A stretch of 64,000 nt of DNA. Source: Candidatus Heimdallarchaeota archaeon (GTDB taxonomy: Archaea; Asgardarchaeota; Heimdallarchaeia; Hodarchaeales; Hodarchaeaceae). Each line of letters starts with the position of its first letter. The stretch's first letter is position 1. The DNA lies in contig CP070695.1 of assembly GCA_020353515.1 (NCBI GenBank), forward strand, positions 4,300,503-4,364,502, in the 5' to 3' direction. Shown here in pieces: positions 9,398 through 18,428 of the stretch. Under the pieces are notes generated by a model that searched no databases, had not been told where the DNA came from, and saw only the letters and a list, made by a program, of their open reading frames with translations. A program made the translations under genes and the position numbers.

Positions 9398-10690
9398 GTG
9401 GCAAATAAATTTAATGGTTTGGTCAGATTCAACCCCGATGGTATCAATTTGACAGCCATGGAAAACGCTGTGGTCAAATTAATATTAATTGGGGATGGAA
9501 TGTCTGGTAAAACCCAGATACTAATAACACTTGCTCAATTATTAATAGAATACCTTCAACAGATCTACTCATTATCCATCAATGAATCGGATTTCGATGA
9601 TCCAGCATTTCGTAGTTGGGCAGAAAGACGGGGTTTTTTTCTACGTTATGGCAACATCAAGTGGGATATTAGAACAATCAGTCTTGATACAGAAACGATA
9701 GGACTCGAGGATTTTGAATATGTCTTTCCCTACGTATGGAATGATACTACATACAAGATCAGACTTATAGGAAATGATGTGGGAGGTCAGAACATCTTCC
9801 ATCATTTTAGGGATGTCTTGGCGAAGATGGCTGGTCCTGATGATAATTTGATTGTTGTTTTCGATAAATCAAGGGAATTATCCTGCTATAACAGCATTGA
9901 ACATATAAAAAGAGTTCTTGGGATAATGACAGCAGAGAATGAATCCACCTTATCCAGGATAGCTTATTGTGGAAATAAGATTGATTTAGAGAAACACATT
10001 CGAGAAGAAGAATGGCGTGAAGGAGCACTCAAATCAATTATGGATAAAATTACTGATATTATGAACCATGGGAGAGGAGAGTATTCCTTTCCATCTTTAA
10101 TGGATATTCAAAAAGAAGAACAATGCGTGAAAGCTGATATCACGAACAATCAGATTACGTTCCCAGATTTAGAAGCGCTAATCTACAATGCTATCAGGGA
10201 GTTTGATAGCAAATATAAAACAGATTTAATGAGCGAGGTCAATACAAAAGCCCTTTGTAGAGAGATTTCAGCTCAGCTTGTCTATAACCAGAATGTCACT
10301 ATCCTTGAAGAAGGAAGCACCCAAGCAGAACAAGTGTGGGAAGATCTTCGTACAGTACTCTACCAAACTAGACCCCTAGCCGTTCAATACTCTGCTAGAG
10401 GTAGAATAAAAAAGGATGATGATTCAGCTCACCTTAGTCAAGTACGAGACAAATGGCGCAAATTTGGCTTGAATTTACCGATTACACCAGAAGATATCAA
10501 ATTTGCCCTTCATAGGACCGCCAACGCAGAGGAACTACTTAAGGAGATGGGAGATCGTTTTGACACCAATGCTTTATCTGGTGATGGTATCCTAAAAATG
10601 TTGGAATCTATAACCCAAGAAACCTTAATCAAACTCACACAACCGATTCAAAAGGAAAAACGAGTGAAACGAGAACTAAAAAGATTTTAA
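9398..10690 (+). CDS. Ras/Arf-superfamily GTPase with large insertions (paralog 1)
   Basis: G1 GDGMSGKT (aa 32-39), G2 TIG (T100), G3 DVGGQ (127-131), G4 GNKIDL (192-197), G5-like TNALSGDGI (390-398), polybasic tail. True start may be about 9449-9458. Confidence 0.8.
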   Translation: MANKFNGLVRFNPDGINLTAMENAVVKLILIGDGMSGKTQILITLAQLLIEYLQQIYSLSINESDFDDPAFRSWAERRGFFLRYGNIKWDIRTISLDTETIGLEDFEYVFPYVWNDTTYKIRLIGNDVGGQNIFHHFRDVLAKMAGPDDNLIVVFDKSRELSCYNSIEHIKRVLGIMTAENESTLSRIAYCGNKIDLEKHIREEEWREGALKSIMDKITDIMNHGRGEYSFPSLMDIQKEEQCVKADITNNQITFPDLEALIYNAIREFDSKYKTDLMSEVNTKALCREISAQLVYNQNVTILEEGSTQAEQVWEDLRTVLYQTRPLAVQYSARGRIKKDDDSAHLSQVRDKWRKFGLNLPITPEDIKFALHRTANAEELLKEMGDRFDTNALSGDGILKMLESITQETLIKLTQPIQKEKRVKRELKRF

Positions 10691-12984
10691 ATATCCTGCA
10701 TCGCACGTAATGGCCAAAACGATTCTAGTGTTGGGTTTTCCTTCCTGAATTCAGGGGGGATTAAATTTTCATAAGCCCTAGTCACCAATTTTTGATATTC
10801 TTCAGCATCGTATTGTTCGTTTCCTTTTAAAAGCTGTTCTGCCTTCACACGCTTCTTGTAGTCCTTTGCATGAACATCTAGGATGAGATAACGGATTTTC
10901 ATCCCAGGTTCAACATTTACCCCTAAAGCAGCTAGCTGTTTAGCTGCTATCGCTTGTCGAGAATTGTTGACATATTCATCAGGAGAACGTGAGGGACGAA
11001 TTGCTATCAATAAGTCTTCTAGAGGAACATTTCCTATTTCCAGTTCCGTGCTACATTCCTTCATGAATTTCTCAGCCCGTTGGCTAGCTACTTGAAATTG
11101 TTCTCTTGATCTAGCTTTGGCTAAGATGTTTAACATATTCATTTGGAGTTTCTTGATAAAAGGAGGACTACTTGATTGGCGGATTTCGATACCACGAATC
11201 CGGAACGTTCCATCTGTTTTCAGGCCATAATACCTGTTTAATACCCCTATCCCAGGTTCATGACGACGGGGCAAGAAGATGATCCAGTGGTAATCGCAGG
11301 CATGTTCAACTGGTAGTTTGACAATATCCGCTACTTCTTGACGTAGCTTACGTACCTTGTCGAGCGGGACTGGTTCCTCCTCGGGATCTTTCACCCAAAC
11401 TGAATCTACTATGCCAGCTACAACCTCCAGCCCGTAACGCGAGGCGATTTGCTGAGTGAGAGTTAATCCATGCCTACTGTACGCTGAAATCGCTTCATGT
11501 GATTCAATACGTCCAAAGCGTGCGTTTCGATAACCTGTATATCCAAAACAAGTCACTAAAAGCCATTTAAGCACTTTCTGTCGTCGATCATAATCTGGAT
11601 GAACGTTTCGCTTTGCTTTATAATATTGACGTCGTCGTAGGATGTTTTTAAGTGAAAGACTGATGATACCAAGTCTTTTCGTGCAAACATGGTAATTGGT
11701 AAGAGGTACAAGCTGCCTTTTGTCGTTCGTACAACACGTACAGTTAACAGTTTCAGGAGAAACATTCCTATGAACCATAATATTCGGGTACATTGACAGA
11801 AAATCGAGTTCAACCACATTTGTGTGGAATCCAACCCAGGGGGAAAACACAAGCCCTCCCACATCGGTTTCCATGGTCCAAGCAGGACGGAATGACTCTG
11901 GATCCGCCTTCCTCGCGGGAATTAGTATGTCTCGGTAATAAGCGGTTCGCATCTGTACGGCGGACAAAGTAGTCCCTATGGTACCACGAGCGATTCTTTG
12001 CGGGTCACTACATCCTAATCGCACTAATTCATGAATACCTGCTATATTTCCGTCTTTCCACATAAAACTATTTCCCACGTCATAGTGGTGACGACCCCCA
12101 TCAAAGTAAACGCCGTGCTGTGAGTAAAATATTCTTCCATAAGACATGTAGCTGTGACCCCGACTCCTTTCATCCTTCTGTCGCACATAGCTTCTCAAGG
12201 GACGGAAGCCGCGACCAATACGCAGATGCCCCTCCCCAACCCGTGTAGAACGCTCTGCGATAATCGGAACGAAAGTATCCCCTCCTCGTGTAAATAGGAG
12301 ATCAGGATTAACTTGTTGGACATATCGAATGCTGTTACGTATGATTTCTGCTTCTGTCTGTTCTTCGAAGACAATTGGTTCTTCTTGGTCAATTACTGAT
12401 CTCCGTATCAAGATCTTTGTTATTTTTCCCCGAGAGAGGCTTGAGTCTTCGAAGAAGGGTTGGAACCAGAGCACACGAAATGGTACAGGTTGATAATCCA
12501 TTTGAGTATAGGACTCGAGCAGCTGCCAGTTCTTCAACTGACCGTTGCTGATATCGATCTTTGCATAAGCGTAAGGGAAAAGTTCAGTCTGAAAGCAAAA
12601 CTGTTGCCACAAGCTCAGATCTGCATTGTGGAGATACTCGCCCCAGTACTTTCGTAAGTCTTCATAGGTAGCTCGGATTCGACGAGGGTTGACTCGAATA
12701 CAAAACACAGATGACGGTTTTTGGTTGTGGATAGAAAGGTACTTCGACCTTTTTTCTATTCTTTCAATGTGGGGATGACTCAACAATTGTTTTTCGATGT
12801 AAGGATCAGTCTTCGCGAGGAAAAATTCGGCTGTGAGGGGATAAAAGGCTTGAATTGCCTTCTTCTTAGTGATCCAATGCGTAGTGACCCCCCAATCGGC
12901 AGCTTCGACTTCATGGAGCCATGCGCGGATCCGAGACATGTTAACAGTTCCAATAAGTTGTTTAAGTCTCCCCCTTGTGATCAC
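10687..12984 (-). CDS. polB2: Family B DNA polymerase, PolB2 group, exonuclease domain degenerate
   Basis: Motif A DFLSMYPNIM, motif B KWLLVTCFGYTGY with NARFGRIE, motif C variant GIVDS in place of YGDTDS, NRYYG, RGIEIR. No DxE Exo I motif. Context matches the known PolB2 operon. Confidence 0.85.
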   Translation of the reverse strand: MITRGRLKQLIGTVNMSRIRAWLHEVEAADWGVTTHWITKKKAIQAFYPLTAEFFLAKTDPYIEKQLLSHPHIERIEKRSKYLSIHNQKPSSVFCIRVNPRRIRATYEDLRKYWGEYLHNADLSLWQQFCFQTELFPYAYAKIDISNGQLKNWQLLESYTQMDYQPVPFRVLWFQPFFEDSSLSRGKITKILIRRSVIDQEEPIVFEEQTEAEIIRNSIRYVQQVNPDLLFTRGGDTFVPIIAERSTRVGEGHLRIGRGFRPLRSYVRQKDERSRGHSYMSYGRIFYSQHGVYFDGGRHHYDVGNSFMWKDGNIAGIHELVRLGCSDPQRIARGTIGTTLSAVQMRTAYYRDILIPARKADPESFRPAWTMETDVGGLVFSPWVGFHTNVVELDFLSMYPNIMVHRNVSPETVNCTCCTNDKRQLVPLTNYHVCTKRLGIISLSLKNILRRRQYYKAKRNVHPDYDRRQKVLKWLLVTCFGYTGYRNARFGRIESHEAISAYSRHGLTLTQQIASRYGLEVVAGIVDSVWVKDPEEEPVPLDKVRKLRQEVADIVKLPVEHACDYHWIIFLPRRHEPGIGVLNRYYGLKTDGTFRIRGIEIRQSSSPPFIKKLQMNMLNILAKARSREQFQVASQRAEKFMKECSTELEIGNVPLEDLLIAIRPSRSPDEYVNNSRQAIAAKQLAALGVNVEPGMKIRYLILDVHAKDYKKRVKAEQLLKGNEQYDAEEYQKLVTRAYENLIPPEFRKENPTLESFWPLRAMQDI

Positions 12985-13258
12985 TGCCTGTATTCTGCAG
13001 TCTCTTCTTTAACCTGGCTAGTTCGGCTTTCAATTTTTGAATTTCGGAGTGTTGTCCTATTAACATTGACATCACGACATTATCAAAGATTATGGGGCGT
13101 GTATTTGCAGACGCAGCATCTGCTAGTTGGAAGGCATATAGCCAAAGATCTGTGAAACTGGTTCGATATGGTTCACGTAAACGGTTTGCGTAATGTACCA
13201 GCCAGAGAGCACGCTCTTTTTCAAGCATTCTACGGTAAGATGGTAAAGTTCTGCCCAT
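12962..13258 (-). CDS. Small PolB2-associated protein (arCOG07300-like)
   Basis: Starts MGRTLPSYR, helical with a C-terminal coiled coil. Lies between the RadA-like gene and PolB2, overlapping the PolB2 start. Confidence 0.75.
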   Translation of the reverse strand: MGRTLPSYRRMLEKERALWLVHYANRLREPYRTSFTDLWLYAFQLADAASANTRPIIFDNVVMSMLIGQHSEIQKLKAELARLKKRLQNTGSDHKGET

Positions 13259-13263
13259 AAGAA

Positions 13264-14073
13264 TCACCAGAATTGAGTTAAGGGTACTTGATGCTGTTCT
13301 TCCCTTTCTGCTGTGTGCGAGAGTTTTATCTGAACTACTGGCCCACCTTTTTGGACAGTAAAGAGAAGTGTGTAGTTCTGTCGATTACTGTCAGGCGTTA
13401 CTGCCACTCGAATGACATCAGTAGCCGAATGCGAAAGAAACGTACCTCCAAGCGCTTTGTGCTTTGAGTGAGGCGCATTTTCTGCAGTTGTTATTCCTAC
13501 CAAGTCATATTGCAAACTAAGGCTCTTCAACTTCCCCACTGCCTGTGTCAGCTCGAGAATGGAGGATGTTGACGTTAACTTGTCGTATTCTAGATACTGG
13601 AGCGCTTCTTTTGATAGATAAAGGGACGAAATCTGAGGTACTAAAACAATACGAATACGGGGGTTCGTATCAATCAGTCGAGGAAGTTTCGTGTAAAGAA
13701 TTTCGGTCATTTGATGATAATTAAACGCACGTGATAGTTGAATCCTATCGAGTATTCCCAGTGGATCCAAGCCATGCTTTCTTGCTTCAAGTGAGATCTC
13801 GAAGTATGGAAATAGATTCGCTCCATCAACAAAGGCAAGATCAACACTAGGGTTGCTTATCAGCAGCGATACCGTGAGCTGAGTAATGAAAGCACGTAGG
13901 ATTGAGTTTGGCAAATCTCCCTGAATCAAAGCCAAACTGCCTGGATATAGCACGAATGCGTCATCTAGGTGCGCCATACCAAGTCGAAGGCATCGTTGCA
14001 GCTGCTGATGTCGTACATCAGCTGAAACAAAATTGTCGGGAAGGTCTTCATGATTCCGATAATCTTGGATCAT
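13264..14073 (-). CDS. Inactivated RadA/Rad51-like protein of the PolB2 cassette (ImuA-analogous)
   Basis: RecA-fold signatures FVDGANLF, LDRIQLSRAFNYHQM and GGTFLSHSATDVIRV. Walker A (IQGDLPNSILRAF) and Walker B (IVLVPQISSLY) are degenerate. C-terminal QVPLTQFW PIP box. Confidence 0.8.
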   Translation of the reverse strand: MIQDYRNHEDLPDNFVSADVRHQQLQRCLRLGMAHLDDAFVLYPGSLALIQGDLPNSILRAFITQLTVSLLISNPSVDLAFVDGANLFPYFEISLEARKHGLDPLGILDRIQLSRAFNYHQMTEILYTKLPRLIDTNPRIRIVLVPQISSLYLSKEALQYLEYDKLTSTSSILELTQAVGKLKSLSLQYDLVGITTAENAPHSKHKALGGTFLSHSATDVIRVAVTPDSNRQNYTLLFTVQKGGPVVQIKLSHTAEREEQHQVPLTQFW

Positions 14074-14519
14074 CCTTAGTCACATAAAGGTATACATTCC
14101 CCTTCCTCAAATCCACGACACAGTCTGAGAGATATCTGAAAAAGACAAAAATGAATTGAAGTGCCCGATTGAGGAATCAAACCTATTTGTTCGCTTGACT
14201 AGAATGTAATTACGACCCTCCAGTAACAGAAATACCATCTAAGACTGAGAGAATTCTTGAAATAGGGAGAGATTACTTTTTTATTCTTATGTTCAGCGCC
14301 CTATATCAAATTTTTTATGAATTAATTGTGAAAATTTGATTTTGTCGGTAATAGAATACAATGTTTTTTTAAGGAAGTATGAGCTCTTTAGATAAATAGG
14401 TTTAACTAACAAAGTCATCATTTCTTCAGACAATGAAAATTTTCGTAATCAGCCTCTTTTAATATTGAAGTTTCAAGAACAACAATCAGGACTTGTAATA
14501 CTGCAGGAGAACACCTCAA

Positions 14520-17500
14520 TTGAATAATGACAAAGCTAGACTGTTAAAGGCAATTTGTGATCACCTCAAGCTTGATGACATACCACAGAGCATGGTTTCC
14601 CGTAGATTAACAGTTTTCAAAGCATTTGAAGAAAATGAAGATAAGTTTCATGGGGAAGAATTTCGGCAATGGTTTTGGAATATTTATGAGGAAGGGCATC
14701 CAGAACTCACTGAAGGGAAAATTACCCCCTCATTGATATTTTCATTCATTAACAGTAATTATGATCTAGTAGAAGAAGCATTAAAGCTTGATTCACTAGA
14801 TGAAGCTCTGCAAACTCACGAAGAGATGGCATCAGAGATCTCCGAGGAGTTTAAAGCTATAATTTTGAGAAATAAAACTCAACGAATTCTTGCGGAAGAT
14901 TCCCTGTTTATGAAAAAGCTCCTTGGGAAAGCTAAATCCGAAATATTCCCCTATCCAGAATTTGAAAAAAGGATCCTCAATCATTTTGAAAAAATGCTAG
15001 ATATCTCAGGAAGAGAACTGCTCGAAGAGGCCTCAAAAGCTTATATATGGAATGTTTACAAGGAAGATGAGACAAAGTGTTATAGGCTAATTTTTGAGGA
15101 ATTCATCAAGCATAAGGAGACATATGAGAAGTTAGGGGTGAATTTCAGTTACCCTGAGATGTCTCTTGGAGGGGGACGAAATGTTTCTCAGATTATGGAG
15201 GCGATTCATCGATCTTTTACGCAAAATGTTGGTGGAATTCTAGGATTAAGAAGGATCATTAGCATTGCAAACAGAATAGCGGAGGTGGGCTTTACCGAAG
15301 AAGAAATTATCAACTTCTTTACTGCTTATCTCAGTGGTGGACTAGACTCAACCTTATCTAATCCTCCTGATGGTCATTCATACTTCATTGAAGTAATAAA
15401 AACCTATGATTATGATTTTACAACAAATCTTGACAATTTAGCACCAAAGACGGAATTCAATCCAAAAGAATTGGAAACAACTTTGGATAATTTCTTGCGG
15501 ATTTTAATTCGTATAAAGATAGCTGAATGGTCAAAAAACGTACCTATGGGTGAAGAAATAACGATTATTGACTTAATCACAGAAATTCAGAAAGATGTCT
15601 TAAATCAAATTGAGGATGAAGAAAAACTTCTTCCATTTTTTGAGATGTTTCAAAAAACAGACAAAAATATCCTTGAAACAACTATCACTCATTTTTCAAA
15701 AGAATTAGCTTATTCATATATTCTCAGATTGAGAAGAGGAGGAGTAGAATCCACATTACTTAATTCCTTCAAGATAATGAACCTCAGTGGGGCATCAAAG
15801 ACTATTGGTAATCAAATCTTTGATATAAAAAAGTTTTATGAAACTTTGTATCCTGATTCGTGGCAAATAAAGTTTTATGATGAGTTTATACTTGATATCG
15901 CGAGTAAAGGACTTTCAACATCCTCCAAGCAAACAGTACGAGAACGTTTGAATCTCCTTGTCCAAGAAAGTCCAGGATATTCTGGATCTTCTGCTTATAA
16001 ATTAAAGAAGATAGAACTAGATGTTATTTTTGAAAACTTGAAAATTAATGTTCCTTTAGTACTTCCAGATTTTGGAACAGCAGAGGAAGCTCAAAAATAC
16101 ATTAGTCGAACTTTTTCCATTATTCGATCTGTATTAAGTAAAGTCTGGATAAAAAAAATACTTAGAACAGGATTTGAATTATATATTGAGTCACCTGTAA
16201 AACGTGTTTGGCAAAATGAAATGGAAGATCTGTCTCGGGAACTGGTTAGCTATTATCAGAATGTTGTAACTGTTTTAGGGAGAAAGTCTTCAGAAATTAA
16301 TGAACTTGTTGTTGAAGGACTTAGGGATTCATTAAGTGGGTTATATTTCGTTGATGAAAATGTTAGAGATTCAGAAGTCTTTAATATCTTTGTGAAATTA
16401 CCAGAGAATCCAATTCTTACCGATCGGGATGATGTGGAAAATTATCTGGATTTTGTTTTTGATGAAGGCAAACTCATAATCAACAAAGTATTAAGTAGGG
16501 AAGTTAAGGAGGAAATAGAAAGAAAAACATTTGACCAAGAGATTGAGGAACGAATTTCTCTTGAAAATACTGTAATAGATTGGTTTGTTCGAGCAAGTCA
16601 ATATTATAATTCAATAATTACTGAACTAATTAGTTTAGAAAAGACCACAGATCCCAACGATACGTTATTGAAAACCATTTATGGTGGAACTATATTTCTT
16701 GTAGAAGAATCAATGAAATCTCTCCTTCTAAATCAGAATGAGAAAATTAATAAAGCAAGTTTCCTTAAAATCTTCTTTTTAAAACAAGTTGAAGCACTTA
16801 GAAGCTCTTTTTCTCAATTAAAATTTGATTATAACACTCAAGCAATTATAAATTACGTATTAGCCCAAATTAGATTATGGGATAGGGTGTTTAGACTCCG
16901 AGGAATCCTTTCAGATCTCGAAGCTGATAATAGAATGCGACGAGCGTTAGGGCCAAGTGTTTCAGATAGTCATGAAGATTCTAGAATTGCTAGTTCTCTT
17001 GTTGAGAACCCTGGTTTAAGAGGCCTTATTGCTAGAGAATTTATGGCAGACTGGATAAAAAACTGGGCGAATTCAGTTATAGAGCTTACTGAATCTTATC
17101 TTGAAGAAGTTCTTCCAAATGTTGAGGAAACAGAGAAGGAAAGTTTTGAACAAGAAGTTCTTGGACTGTTATTTAATGGTACAGGGAGAGATGATATTAG
17201 AAATTTTATGGTACCACTAATTGTAGGAAATCTTAAGAAACCCCTAGGTTATGAGACAAGTCCCCTACCACCAGAATTCTCGAAATATAGATACGAGGTA
17301 TTTGCTGAAGCTGTTAAATGCGATTCTCAACTAAGTATATATTTTCTATTTTCAAATTGGGTAGAGAAAGAGAGGAAATACTTTAAGAAACAAGTAGTCA
17401 GTGATTTGGATTTCGTTATATATCAAGAAAGTCAAATTGTCAGTTGTCGACGGTTATTAGGAGCAACACAGGAATTTACTCTGAGTGACGTTGTAAAAAA

Positions 17501-18428
17501 GGCTACTGGCTTAAGCTTATCAGGACTTACCCTCCAAACTGTTGTATTTCAATTAGGTGAGAAGGAAATCTATTCAGCAGCTTCTTATGTTGAGAATCCT
17601 TTTGAAGGTTCAATCGTCACTGGTTTGACTTTGGAACTGATTTCAAAAGAAAATATTCCAATGGGACTGATTCATCCGTTAGCAAAAAATGCTTCAGAAG
17701 CAATTGCAGGCTTAATAGAAAGAAATCAACTGAATGCTTCCGAACCAGACATTCTCTTCAATGCTGTGCTTCAACAGTTGCTGAATGAGGCAAGATTAGT
17801 TTTACTAAAGGATGCTGGGACATTAAGTGAAAGAATAGCAACAGATGAAATGGCACCACAAATAGAGCGTGATGTCTCCCGATGCAATCTAAAGGTTACA
17901 ACTGCATATAAGATGTACTTTAAAGACGATTTACAAGATCAAAGTTACCGCTTGGAGGAAGTTGAATTTTATGGTGAGAAGCTTGACAATTTTGGCTTAT
18001 TTGTACAGCTCATAATACCATTTCTTGAACCAAGTCAAATCATAAGAAAGCGTCTGAAAAAAGATCACCAGCTCTTAGATTATTTAGAAGTCCCCAAGGG
18101 GGAAGAAATCCGAGTTTTTCCTTCTCTTATCATATTTGATGACAACGATAGATATAAAGTTGCTTTTGGAACATACTCATCTCAGGAAAATGCATTATAT
18201 GTTCTTGTTGCAGAAGAAAATGATGAATCGAAGATGGGGTTAAGAACAATCCAATATCTTCTAAAAACAAGAGACTTTGAAGAGCTATCAGAAGATTTAG
18301 GATTATTGCCTCTCCCCAGACTTAATCAGAGTCTACCCCTAAACAGGATTAATGTAATGAAAGAGAAGAGGGGGGAGTATGTAATTGATTTCGAGCTGAT
18401 TAAAAATATTTCATTAGGAGCGATCTAG
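14520..18428 (+). CDS. Large (1302 aa) mostly helical hypothetical protein with predicted longin-like C-terminal domains
   Basis: Long acidic helical ORF whose stop abuts the ATG of GTPase paralog 2. The C-terminal ~340 aa show two beta-beta-alpha-beta-beta-beta-alpha patterns (fold is an inference). Confidence 0.7.
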   Translation: MNNDKARLLKAICDHLKLDDIPQSMVSRRLTVFKAFEENEDKFHGEEFRQWFWNIYEEGHPELTEGKITPSLIFSFINSNYDLVEEALKLDSLDEALQTHEEMASEISEEFKAIILRNKTQRILAEDSLFMKKLLGKAKSEIFPYPEFEKRILNHFEKMLDISGRELLEEASKAYIWNVYKEDETKCYRLIFEEFIKHKETYEKLGVNFSYPEMSLGGGRNVSQIMEAIHRSFTQNVGGILGLRRIISIANRIAEVGFTEEEIINFFTAYLSGGLDSTLSNPPDGHSYFIEVIKTYDYDFTTNLDNLAPKTEFNPKELETTLDNFLRILIRIKIAEWSKNVPMGEEITIIDLITEIQKDVLNQIEDEEKLLPFFEMFQKTDKNILETTITHFSKELAYSYILRLRRGGVESTLLNSFKIMNLSGASKTIGNQIFDIKKFYETLYPDSWQIKFYDEFILDIASKGLSTSSKQTVRERLNLLVQESPGYSGSSAYKLKKIELDVIFENLKINVPLVLPDFGTAEEAQKYISRTFSIIRSVLSKVWIKKILRTGFELYIESPVKRVWQNEMEDLSRELVSYYQNVVTVLGRKSSEINELVVEGLRDSLSGLYFVDENVRDSEVFNIFVKLPENPILTDRDDVENYLDFVFDEGKLIINKVLSREVKEEIERKTFDQEIEERISLENTVIDWFVRASQYYNSIITELISLEKTTDPNDTLLKTIYGGTIFLVEESMKSLLLNQNEKINKASFLKIFFLKQVEALRSSFSQLKFDYNTQAIINYVLAQIRLWDRVFRLRGILSDLEADNRMRRALGPSVSDSHEDSRIASSLVENPGLRGLIAREFMADWIKNWANSVIELTESYLEEVLPNVEETEKESFEQEVLGLLFNGTGRDDIRNFMVPLIVGNLKKPLGYETSPLPPEFSKYRYEVFAEAVKCDSQLSIYFLFSNWVEKERKYFKKQVVSDLDFVIYQESQIVSCRRLLGATQEFTLSDVVKKATGLSLSGLTLQTVVFQLGEKEIYSAASYVENPFEGSIVTGLTLELISKENIPMGLIHPLAKNASEAIAGLIERNQLNASEPDILFNAVLQQLLNEARLVLLKDAGTLSERIATDEMAPQIERDVSRCNLKVTTAYKMYFKDDLQDQSYRLEEVEFYGEKLDNFGLFVQLIIPFLEPSQIIRKRLKKDHQLLDYLEVPKGEEIRVFPSLIIFDDNDRYKVAFGTYSSQENALYVLVAEENDESKMGLRTIQYLLKTRDFEELSEDLGLLPLPRLNQSLPLNRINVMKEKRGEYVIDFELIKNISLGAI

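Noticed and set aside
11556-14087. Alternative-frame and antisense ORFs over the PolB2 cassette (11556, 12195, 12460, 12721, 13902)
   Set aside because: Shadow ORFs favoured by the higher GC; no motifs.
14074-14110. Five-codon upstream ORF (MYTFM-TGA) in frame with the RadA-like gene; possible Sec or readthrough
   Set aside because: Too short to evaluate, no SECIS-like evidence, and the extension adds nothing recognisable.
14161-14183. tRNA 3'-end-like string (minus strand GGTTTGATTCCTCAATCGGGCAC) at the edge of the PolB2 cassette; possible att site
   Set aside because: The T-stem pairs only 3 bp, there is no matching acceptor 5' strand, and no second copy or integrase was seen.
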